Positions 48,607-56,207 of a stretch of 56,207 bases of DNA are shown here, one piece after another. Both the position numbers and the translations under genes were made by a program. Below the pieces are notes generated by a model. It had not been told where the DNA came from and did not search any database. It worked only from the letters and a program-made list of their open reading frames with translations. The DNA comes from Actinomycetota bacterium (GTDB taxonomy: Bacteria > Actinomycetota > Aquicultoria > Aquicultorales > JAMCWL01). Each line of letters starts with the position of its first letter. Positions within the stretch are counted from its first letter, which is position 1. The DNA lies in the NCBI GenBank assembly GCA_023481285.1, contig JAMCWL010000089.1:1-56207 (forward strand), read 5' to 3'.

Positions 48607-49077
48607 TCAGTATCTCAATGCTGCAATCAGTCTCTTGGGTTTTAAAAGGAGTTCGAGCGCCGATACGGGACTCGGCACGACGATATGGGCGGCGGTCAGA
48701 AGGCCCGTGAAGCACCCCTCCGGCCCGAGGACGGCGACGCCCAAAGCCGCCCCTTCGAACATGGCAAAGTCGTTTGCCCCGTTACCGAAGACAGCTACGC
48801 GGTCCAAGCCCAGCCGGAAGACGAAATCCGCCTTCTGCTCCCGCTCACCGGGCGGATTAACGATCACGGGCTCGACGGGGAGCGCTTCCAATTGCGACCT
48901 TATCGTTCCGTACGTGTCGGCGGTCAGGAGGTAGACATTTACTAAAGCAGCCAGCTCTTTCAGGCGACTTAAAACTGCTTCATTAATAACGCCATCCTCG
49001 GCAAGGGTGCCGTTCACGTCAAAGACGGCATTCTCTATAAGGAGCCTACCGCGTCCGGGTATATCAATCTCTATCAA
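48607..49077 (-). CDS. HAD hydrolase (soluble P-type-ATPase-like)
   Basis: FDVNGTL, LTADTYG, GNGAND motifs. Confidence 0.85.
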   Translation of the reverse strand: MIEIDIPGRGRLLIENAVFDVNGTLAEDGVINEAVLSRLKELAALVNVYLLTADTYGTIRSQLEALPVEPVIVNPPGEREQKADFVFRLGLDRVAVFGNGANDFAMFEGAALGVAVLGPEGCFTGLLTAAHIVVPSPVSALELLLKPKRLIAALRY

Positions 49078-49228
49078 AATTCCTCCACAGATTCTGAATT
49101 CCAGAACACATCTGGATGCTGACTGAGCGCTTTATTACCGACACCGATGACCATCGACCGACGATGTTAATCCATATCTAAGCGTCTAAGTAAATATTTC
49201 GGCGGTCTGCGCTCATCCGTTTTCGGTC

Positions 49229-49289
49229 GGCGCACCAAAGGTGCGCCTTTCCAGTATCCAGTATCCAGTATCCAGTATCTAGTATCTAG
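49229..49289. repeat. GC hairpin followed by a heptamer tandem repeat (CCAGTAT)
   Basis: GGCGCACC-AAA-GGTGCGCC at 49229-49247, then CCAGTATx4, CTAGTAT, CTAG (49251-49289). Confidence 0.85.
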
Positions 49290-49542
49290 CGGGCGGTTCG
49301 CGAACCGCCCCTACTTCTTCATATACTCCCTTGAACTCGACGCCTACTGACGCCAACACCGCCTCAACTTCACTTCGACGCTCTGACGAAAATCGAAGTG
49401 CTATTCCGCAATCGGCGGTGATGTGGCGAGGAACCGGAATCACGATCGCCCGCAGGTTGGCTTCGGAGAGAGCCCGCTCAGCCTTCATGGCTGAGTGGGT
49501 CGAAGGAAAGGTCATTATTAGAGAGGTTTCCGCCACGAGCAT
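49279..49542 (-). CDS. DUF3343-family small protein (putative Se/S carrier-like)
   Basis: FPSTHSAMKAERAL...PVPRHITADCGIALRF pattern. Confidence 0.75.
   Translation of the reverse strand: MLVAETSLIMTFPSTHSAMKAERALSEANLRAIVIPVPRHITADCGIALRFSSERRSEVEAVLASVGVEFKGVYEEVGAVREPPARY
49291..49314 (-). repeat. GTAG-family REP inside the 3' end of the DUF3343 ORF
   Basis: rc GTAGGGGCGGTTCGCGAACCGCCC. Confidence 0.8.
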
Positions 49543-49837
49543 CCCCCATCATCCCAACCTGGCAAGCAGAGCTACACTGAGCACGCCCACCAACTCCGGG
49601 TGCTTGAGACCAGCACGGGCCGGCCCAATCTCTTTATTAGTATGTCTAATACTTGCCAATAAGGCAATACAATTTATATTGAGAGGCATCTTGTCGCCAT
49701 AGCACACTCGTAGCCTTAGCACTTGTGATTAGCGGCTCACCGATTTAAAATCAAGTGAGTGTCAGTATGCATGCCTCATAGAGAAAGCGTCATCTTCTAA
49801 TACTTGCGCTGACACCGTAGTAAGATTTGCTCTTTTC

Positions 49838-49874
49838 CCAAGAGACCAAGATACCAGGGTACTAAGATACTAGA
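49838..49874. repeat. Degenerate octamer tandem repeat (CCAAGATA-like)
   Basis: CCAAGAGA CCAAGATA CCAGGGTA CTAAGATA CTAGA. Confidence 0.7.
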
Positions 49875-49887
49875 TGGAGGTATGTCG

Positions 49888-49995
49888 ATGTTTCCGGTGA
49901 CGATCATTATGCTGTTGGGCGGAGCCCTCTTCGTCAGCACCGTCGCCAACGTCATTCTCGGATGGATGGCATTCAAGCGCACAGAAGCAAAGTAG
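49888..49995 (+). CDS. Small single-TM protein (35 aa), absent from the ORF track
   Basis: GGAGG 7 nt before the ATG; MFPVTIIMLLGGALFVSTVANVILGWMAFKRTEAK. Confidence 0.6.
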   Translation: MFPVTIIMLLGGALFVSTVANVILGWMAFKRTEAK

Positions 49996-50031
49996 AGAAA
50001 GCGCATGCATTAGCATTAAGAAGCTAAAGTC

Positions 50032-50403
50032 TTAAACGAGCTCCAGGCTGGCGACGACATCCGCCACCGAAACGATTCCAAGAAGACGCTTCTTCTCCAC
50101 CACCGGCAGCCAGCAGACCCGATGACGGCTCATCAATCCGATCAGTTCGCGGATGTCGAGGCTTGGTGAAGTCACCGGTGGGCATGGTGACATCACTTCC
50201 CAGACAAGTCGATCCGCCGGCAAGTCACCGTTGGCAACCGTCCAAAGGATGTCCGAGTCCATTATAACTCCGAGGAGCCTCTCGTCCTTCGTTACGAGCA
50301 GGTTTCTCACGTTCTTTTCTTTCATCCTTGCCGCCGCCTCTGTCAGCGAAGCGGAGGGTTCTATCTCTGAAACATCGCGTATCATGATTTCGTTAACCCT
50401 CAA
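50032..50403 (-). CDS. CBS-pair protein
   Basis: VNEIM...LLGVI...EVMS...LPVV...LLGIVSVAD. Confidence 0.88.
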   Translation of the reverse strand: MRVNEIMIRDVSEIEPSASLTEAAARMKEKNVRNLLVTKDERLLGVIMDSDILWTVANGDLPADRLVWEVMSPCPPVTSPSLDIRELIGLMSRHRVCWLPVVEKKRLLGIVSVADVVASLELV

Positions 50404-50503
50404 TTTTCTTCCCCCTTAGGCCGTACACTGATTTAGTAATCGACAGGAAAGTAGCCAAGCTTAAGGGCTTGTCCGTAAATAGGCCTTAGGTATGAAGGTC
50501 ACC

Positions 50504-50968
50504 TTATGGGTGCTCGGTCGAGGCTATGGGAAGCGCACCACCGGTTGAACGCGCTCCATCCGGATCTCTGAAAATATTAACAATGACCCCCATGAGCTTG
50601 GGTTTATCGAGAGGCTTCGTGAAGTAGTACGCGGCACCGGAACGATAACCGAGGTTCATATCTTCGACGCTCGTCCGCCTCGCGGATATCAAAATCACCG
50701 GAATCCGGGCGGTCTTCTCATATCCTTTCAAGCATTCGGTAACCGCGAACCCGTTCTTCATCGGCATGGTGACGTCCAGGATGATGAGGTCGGGAAGATG
50801 AGTGGCGGCAAGCCTGAGGGCTTCGCTCCCATTGTTGGCCGTGACAACCCGATAGCCAGCCACCTCCAGGATATTCCTGAGCGCCACCATTTCCTGCTGG
50901 GAGTCGTCGGCCAACAGAATTAATTTTCCCTGCTTTTCTTTTAGAAGCTTGAACAACCGCTCTCTCAC
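50504..50968 (-). CDS. Stand-alone response regulator receiver
   Basis: LLADD, PDLIILDVTMPMKNG, ISA, FTKP motifs. Confidence 0.9.
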   Translation of the reverse strand: MRERLFKLLKEKQGKLILLADDSQQEMVALRNILEVAGYRVVTANNGSEALRLAATHLPDLIILDVTMPMKNGFAVTECLKGYEKTARIPVILISARRTSVEDMNLGYRSGAAYYFTKPLDKPKLMGVIVNIFRDPDGARSTGGALPIASTEHP

Positions 50969-51082
50969 CTCAACTTACAATCCGATCATTGATACTCTTT
51001 ATCGGCCAACGCGGTGCATATCTTTAGAAAAGACTGAATCCCGATCCTTGCTCGCTATCTTAAGCGATTTCTTGCACAGGAT

Positions 51083-51595
51083 TTAAATGTGACGGGGGTT
51101 GGCGAAATTCCAGTTGAACCTCGCCTTTTTTACGAGTCCCAGCTCATCCAGCTTTTCGACCATGGCCGCTTCGGTTACGCCAAATATCCCCGCGAGGACC
51201 CTGTGATCGTTATACCACTCGGCTGCATAGCGCCTGACGAGCCTGGTGGGAATAGAAAGCTCGGAGGCAAAAATATCCGCCTCCCGGTGGAGGTACTCTT
51301 TCTCCTTGGCTGTCGAGTAGGCCATGTTGGTTCTATGAAGTTGATAGTGCCCCAATTCATGCGCTATCGTGAACCGCTTCTTCTCCTCCGGAAACAACTT
51401 GTTGATGACTATGTAGCACTCGTCGTGAAAGCCAAGGAGCATTCCGTAGAACCAGGTGTCCTGCGTCATCTCGATGATTTCCAGGCCCAGACCTTTGGCG
51501 ATTTTTCTGACATCCACCGGGGGGCGGGAGATATCAAAGTGCTTCAGTAATTCCTCGGCCTGATCTTTGATGTGTCTGTGGGTGAAGATAGGCAT
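51083..51595 (-). CDS. ImmA/IrrE-family Zn metalloprotease
   Basis: PPVDV, RFTIAHELGH, EADIFASEL motifs; start at MPIF directly after the XRE gene. Confidence 0.88.
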   Translation of the reverse strand: MPIFTHRHIKDQAEELLKHFDISRPPVDVRKIAKGLGLEIIEMTQDTWFYGMLLGFHDECYIVINKLFPEEKKRFTIAHELGHYQLHRTNMAYSTAKEKEYLHREADIFASELSIPTRLVRRYAAEWYNDHRVLAGIFGVTEAAMVEKLDELGLVKKARFNWNFANPRHI

Positions 51596-51596
51596 C

Positions 51597-51947
51597 TTAC
51601 TCTTTCCCTTCAGCTCGACGCTTGGCCTTGATGATACTGAGCACATTCTTGATGAGCGCCCGCTCGTCCTCCGAGAACTTCGGATCCGACATGAGGAGCG
51701 CCTCCACATCCATCGGCGCCCCTCTCTCCGGAATCACCGACTCTCCAAGCAAGAAAGAGGCCGACACGCCGTAAATATCGGCAAGCCTCTGCAGACGAGG
51801 AGTCGGGATACGTCTCTTCGCGTTTTCATACATGGCGAGGATCGACTCTTTAAACTCTCCCCGGCTACGTTCCTCAACCTCTCGGCGACTTAGTCTTAAG
51901 CTTTCGCGCACGTGGCGGAGCCTCAACCCCACATCCTGCCCGTACAT
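51597..51947 (-). CDS. XRE-family HTH regulator with a BldD-like DNA-binding domain
   Basis: GLRLRHVRESLRLSRREVEERSRGEFKESILAMYENAKRRIPTPRLQRLADIYGV; RBS AAGGAG before ATG 51947. Confidence 0.85.
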   Translation of the reverse strand: MYGQDVGLRLRHVRESLRLSRREVEERSRGEFKESILAMYENAKRRIPTPRLQRLADIYGVSASFLLGESVIPERGAPMDVEALLMSDPKFSEDERALIKNVLSIIKAKRRAEGKE

Positions 51948-52143
51948 CGCGTTCTCCTTTACAATAAGTACAGAAGCACTTAATCCGGTTATCGGCAGTT
52001 TTGCCAAAATATTGAGGATATTTTTGGCTTTTGCACTATACGTGCACGACCAATGATAGCCAAGCGAGCGCTAAATTTCAATATTTAAGTAAGAGAGTAG
52101 AAGCACGCTACTTGTTTCTTGTGAGCACGCCAACGGCGTGCCC

Positions 52144-52812
52144 CTACTTGGCAGCCTCCACCAGAATGTTCCGGAGCTCTTCATCCATGCCGGGCGAGAG
52201 GATGGCAAGAACCCGGTCGCCTTCGATCAAGACCGTTGAGCCGCTCGGTACTATCGAGTGGATGCCGCGCAGGATGGAGATGATAAGTATGCCCTCGGGG
52301 AGGTTGAGCTCGTTGATCTCCTTGCCCTTCGCCGGCGACCTCCCGGTTATGGCGGCCTCTACTATCTCGAGGTTTTGTTCTCTTAGCGTCAGCAGGTGGA
52401 CGAGGCGATCAGCCGGTACGACCTCATGCTCAATGAGCGAGAGGATGGCCGCCGTGGACGAGACGGTCGGCGCGATGCCTAGAAGATCGAATGTCTGCTG
52501 ATTACGAGGGTTATTGACGCGGGCAATCGTCTTCTGAACCCCGTACTTCTCCTTGGCCAACTGGGAGACGATGATGTTGTCCTCATCATCTCCGGTGACC
52601 GCAACGACGACGTCCGCCCGCTCGATCCCCCCTTGCTCCAGGACGTAGATCTCAGTCCCGTCGCCGTACATAACCGACTCCTCAAGCCGCTCCTTTAGGA
52701 AGTTGAAGCGCTCGGGACGTCTCTCGACGAGCATGACTTCGTTTCCCATCTCGATGAGTATCTCGGAAAGGTTGAAGCCGACTTTTCCCCCGCCGATGAT
52801 AAGCGCAAACAT
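52144..52812 (-). CDS. trkA: TrkA/KtrA-type RCK protein (RCK_N + RCK_C)
   Basis: IIGGGKVG, GDGT, VTGDDEDN motifs; C-terminal RCK_C. Confidence 0.88.
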   Translation of the reverse strand: MFALIIGGGKVGFNLSEILIEMGNEVMLVERRPERFNFLKERLEESVMYGDGTEIYVLEQGGIERADVVVAVTGDDEDNIIVSQLAKEKYGVQKTIARVNNPRNQQTFDLLGIAPTVSSTAAILSLIEHEVVPADRLVHLLTLREQNLEIVEAAITGRSPAKGKEINELNLPEGILIISILRGIHSIVPSGSTVLIEGDRVLAILSPGMDEELRNILVEAAK

Positions 52813-53231
52813 TAAGACTCACTCCTTTGGAAGCGATGGATGCCGTCGAGCAGCATGTGGATGGTCGAAAGTGTCGGGCTCACCGTCTTGATCCCAAGCT
52901 GATCGGAGTAAAACTGCGCCCTGAAGGGATCCTGAACGCGGGAGACGACGTAAGGCACGTTGAATTGCCTCAATGCTATCTGGCAGATGACGAGGTTCGT
53001 GTTATCCCCGTCGGTTGACGCGACGAAGACGTCCGCCCGTTCGACGCCGGCCTCTTTTAATATGTCGATGTCCAGTCCGGGACCGAGGATGAAGCCGCCC
53101 GCATAATCCTCGCCGAGCCTGAGAAGCGACTCCTTGCTCTCATCGATAACGGTCACTTCCCATCCCTCACGAAGAAGCGTTTTGGCGACGTTCGATCCCA
53201 CTCTCCCCCCTCCGACGATAAGCGCAAACAC
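52812..53231 (-). CDS. TrkA-N-only RCK protein
   Basis: IVGGGRVG and STDGDNTN motifs; 139 aa with no RCK_C. Confidence 0.85.
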   Translation of the reverse strand: MFALIVGGGRVGSNVAKTLLREGWEVTVIDESKESLLRLGEDYAGGFILGPGLDIDILKEAGVERADVFVASTDGDNTNLVICQIALRQFNVPYVVSRVQDPFRAQFYSDQLGIKTVSPTLSTIHMLLDGIHRFQRSES

Positions 53232-53238
53232 CTCTACT

Positions 53239-53820
53239 CTACTCTCCTCTCGGTGCCACGGCCGTCTCTCTAGACGACCTGACGATGACGACCTCTTCCT
53301 TCACCCGTTGGAAAAGGTAGCTGATGTCCTCGATCTGGCGTTCCAGTTTCAAGCCCGGACCCGCCCCTTTCATCTCAATGACCATGCTATCAAAGGGTTC
53401 CCTTTTGAGCATCTCTATCATACCTCTTCTGGCCGTTCGCTCACGCTCCAGCCGGATTTCCGTATCAACCCCCGACCACTTGGCTATCTGCTCTGCTTTC
53501 TCCAGGGCGTTGAAACCCTTTTCGACCTCTCGCGTCAGCTCCGCCTCGATGTTGAGGGTCACCGGAACGATGGCCACATAAAAAAGGACGAGTTTGGCGT
53601 CGCGAGCCCTCGCGAGGTTTATGGCCACTTCGAGCGCCTGCCTGGGGGCACTCTCGCCGCTGAAAGGAAGAAGAATGCGCCCGCCTTTCGCAGGGGCCGC
53701 CGCCGTCACCGGTCTTTGCCGACGACCCAGACTGATCAGGTAGAAGAGAATGAGGCCGACCCCGATGCCGACTACGAAAAGAACGGCCGCGACGATAAGG
53801 CCGACGGTTCCTGAAGGCAT
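53239..53820 (-). CDS. Membrane-anchored universal stress protein (USP) domain protein
   Basis: N-terminal TM, then RILLPFSGESAPRQALEVAINLA. Confidence 0.75.
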   Translation of the reverse strand: MPSGTVGLIVAAVLFVVGIGVGLILFYLISLGRRQRPVTAAAPAKGGRILLPFSGESAPRQALEVAINLARARDAKLVLFYVAIVPVTLNIEAELTREVEKGFNALEKAEQIAKWSGVDTEIRLERERTARRGMIEMLKREPFDSMVIEMKGAGPGLKLERQIEDISYLFQRVKEEVVIVRSSRETAVAPRGE

Positions 53821-53824
53821 TTAC

Positions 53825-54979
53825 CTACCTCGCTTCCCTTCGCTTCTCGCGTGTGACGACATGTAAATCAATCCCGGAAAGCATCTCGAGAACCTGCATG
53901 ATGAAAGAGGGGCGAAAAGCTCCTAAGACGGCCGCGCGCTCCCTTGGCTCGCCCACGACGACGTTGGTTATGTGTTGCTGAGTCGCCTGAGAAGCGATCA
54001 CCCTGGCGACATCGTCGCCGACGATGGTGAGCCAGTGCCCGCCGAGCGTACCCGTCAGACGCTTAAGAGAATCGAGGTTTCTCTTCTCGTCCTCGGAGAG
54101 CTTGCGCTCCTCATCCGTCTGAACGTGCAAAACGTAGAGGTCGCCGTGGAGGCGCTTCGCCATACGCCAAGCACGGCGCAAGATTCTCTGGGACTCGGGC
54201 TGCGTGGTTACGCAGGCCATCACCCGCTCGGCAACCGCGGGCACCCCTTCACGACGCTGGACGTCCTCCAGCTTCACCTCGATTTCGTCCGCAACTTGAC
54301 GCAAGACTATCTCGCGCAAGGCCGCCAGGTTCTCCGTCCTAAAAAAGTTATTAAGCGCTTGCTGTATCTTCTGAGGGACATAAACCCTGCCCTCTTGAAT
54401 TCGCTGGCGGAGAGCTTCCGGGGAGATGTCGACGAGGACGACCTCATCAGCCCTCTCCAGAATCTTATCGGGGATGGTTTCCCGAACGCGCACGCCGGTA
54501 AGCTCCGCGATGACGTCATTCAAGCTTTCGAGGTGCTGAATATTGATGGTGGAGATGACGTTGACCCCGCTTTCCAGGATATCCTGGACATCCTGGAATC
54601 TTTTAGCGTGCTTCAAGCCCGGGACATTGGTGTGGGCGAGCTCGTCGACAAGAGCAACCGTGGGCTTGCGTGTGATAACCGCATCGCCGTCCATCTCCTC
54701 GAAGACGACGCCCCTGTACTCTACTTTCTTACGAGGGACGGCTTCAAGGCCGGCTAGCTTCTCCTCCGTCTCCGAGCGTCCATGCGTCTCCACAAAGCCA
54801 ACGACTACGTCGACCCCGCGCTTCTTAAGGCGCTGGGCCTCCTCGAGCATCGCGTAGGTCTTACCGACGCCTGCGGCGGCCCCGATATAAAGCTTCAGGC
54901 GAGCGCCCTTCCCGCCCTGCTCATCCTTTTCTATCTTGGCCAGAATCTCTTCCGGCGTGGGCCGTCTACTCCGATCCAA
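53825..54979 (-). CDS. kdpD: Short soluble KdpD (sensor + USP domains; no TM or His-kinase)
   Basis: GAAAGVGKTYAML, VETHGR, VDELAHTN, NIQHLESLND motifs; ends after the USP domain (384 aa). Confidence 0.9.
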   Translation of the reverse strand: MDRSRRPTPEEILAKIEKDEQGGKGARLKLYIGAAAGVGKTYAMLEEAQRLKKRGVDVVVGFVETHGRSETEEKLAGLEAVPRKKVEYRGVVFEEMDGDAVITRKPTVALVDELAHTNVPGLKHAKRFQDVQDILESGVNVISTINIQHLESLNDVIAELTGVRVRETIPDKILERADEVVLVDISPEALRQRIQEGRVYVPQKIQQALNNFFRTENLAALREIVLRQVADEIEVKLEDVQRREGVPAVAERVMACVTTQPESQRILRRAWRMAKRLHGDLYVLHVQTDEERKLSEDEKRNLDSLKRLTGTLGGHWLTIVGDDVARVIASQATQQHITNVVVGEPRERAAVLGAFRPSFIMQVLEMLSGIDLHVVTREKRREAR

Positions 54980-54996
54980 GTGGCAACCGCCCCCTG

Positions 54997-55593
54997 CTAC
55001 TTTTTGAGCGGAAAACGCTTATCCAGCTCAAGATTTAAGATTAGCACATTAACGCGGTACTCGCCTAAGAAGCCAAGCTCTCTGCCGACGGTCATCTCCT
55101 CGATCAGGGAATCTATCTTCTCTTTTGAGACGCCTCTCCTGACGGCGATCCGAGCGGCCTGCAGGCGTGCGGCGGCCGGGGTTATCTCCGGATCGAGCCC
55201 CGATCCGGATGAGGTGACGATATCCACGGGAATCTCGCCCTTTATTACCTGTCCGTTATTCTCCTTACCGAGCTTGTCGACTCGCTTGCCGACCGATTCG
55301 ATATAATTTCGGTTTGTGGGACCGAAGTTCGCCGGCCCGGAAAGCGAGGCGTCATAGTCGACCGCCGACGGCCTGGGATGAAAGTACTCGTCCCTGGTGA
55401 ACGCCTGCCCGATAAGGGACGAGCCGACCGGCTTGCCGTCCACAAAAACCAGGTTACCGCCGGCCTTGCCGCCGAAGACGAGCTCTCCCAAACCGACTAT
55501 GACGAAGGGGTAGATTAGGCCCGTTAAGATGATGAACAAGACCAGCAGCAGCGCGGCGTTCTTGAAGACCCTACGGAGACTCGTGCCTTTCAT
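54997..55593 (-). CDS. kdpC: K+-transporting ATPase subunit C
   Basis: GSSLIGQAF, YFHPRPSA, SGSGLDPEI, VNVLILN motifs. Confidence 0.95.
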   Translation of the reverse strand: MKGTSLRRVFKNAALLLVLFIILTGLIYPFVIVGLGELVFGGKAGGNLVFVDGKPVGSSLIGQAFTRDEYFHPRPSAVDYDASLSGPANFGPTNRNYIESVGKRVDKLGKENNGQVIKGEIPVDIVTSSGSGLDPEITPAAARLQAARIAVRRGVSKEKIDSLIEEMTVGRELGFLGEYRVNVLILNLELDKRFPLKK

Positions 55594-55594
55594 C

Positions 55595-56207
55595 TCAACC
55601 CACCAGCCTCAAAGCATTGATTAGTAAATCGATCAGCTTGATCCCTATGAATGGGAGAACGATCCCGCCGAATCCGTAAATGAGCAGGTTTCGCTGGAGA
55701 AGCTTGGCCGCTCCCAGAGGCCGGTAGGATACGCCGCGAAGGGCCAAAGGAATGAGCGCCACGATGATGAGGGCGTTGAATATGACCGCGCTCAGGATGG
55801 CCGATTCAGGCGTCGCCAGCCTCATAATGTTCAGCGTCTGGAGGACCGGGTAGCGAACGGCGAATATCGCTGGAATGATGGCGAAGTACTTGGCCAGGTC
55901 GTTTGCGATCGAGAAGGTCGTCAACGCCCCCCTTGTCATCAGGAGCTGCTTTCCTATCTCGACGATCTCAATGAGCTTTGTCGGGTTCGAGTCGAGGTCC
56001 ACCATGTTGCCCGCCTCCTTGGCGGCGGTCGTCCCGGAATTCATCGCGACCCCGACATTCGCCTGGGCGAGCGCCGGCGCGTCGTTGGTTCCATCCCCCA
56101 TCATCGCTACCAGCTTGCCTTGGGCCTGCTCCTCCCGAATCAGCTTCATCTTCGTTTCGGGCGTCGCCTCGGCCAGGAAGTCGTCGACGCCGGCTTCCGC
56201 GGCGATC
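55595..56207 (-). CDS. kdpB: K+-transporting ATPase subunit B (5' part outside the window)
   Basis: [41 protein letters not shown] motifs. Confidence 0.97.
   Translation of the reverse strand, partial: IAAEAGVDDFLAEATPETKMKLIREEQAQGKLVAMMGDGTNDAPALAQANVGVAMNSGTTAAKEAGNMVDLDSNPTKLIEIVEIGKQLLMTRGALTTFSIANDLAKYFAIIPAIFAVRYPVLQTLNIMRLATPESAILSAVIFNALIIVALIPLALRGVSYRPLGAAKLLQRNLLIYGFGGIVLPFIGIKLIDLLINALRLVG

Overview
Chromosomal window from a bacterium, probably a deep-branching anaerobic Actinomycetota lineage (inferred from the MraY N-terminus, a BldD-like HTH protein and a tandem TrkA pair; not proven). Left to right it holds: (1) a minus-strand nitrogenase cluster nifH-D-K-E-N; (2) a minus-strand sugar-phosphate operon (hddA, gmhA, gmhB, transaldolase, exported protein); (3) a divergent ~20 kb Wzx/Wzy glycan locus with four B12-binding radical SAM enzymes and three class I methyltransferases; (4) a PucR regulator and GNAT; (5) a Y1/RAYT-like HUH transposase between 29-bp inverted repeats; (6) a dcw cluster lacking murD and ftsQ/Z; (7) small regulatory genes including a BldD-like XRE + ImmA/IrrE pair; (8) the 3' end of a kdp operon with a kinase-less KdpD. 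The strongest signal is in nifD. The ORF track splits it in two, but it is one reading frame with a single in-frame TGA exactly at the P-cluster ligand alpha-Cys62, followed 12 nt later by a SECIS-like hairpin. This makes it a probable selenocysteine-containing MoFe protein. GTAG-type REP hairpins and 7/8-mer tandem repeats occur in the intergenic spaces. No rRNA, tRNA or CRISPR array was recognised. All family calls come from motif recognition by eye; no searches were run.
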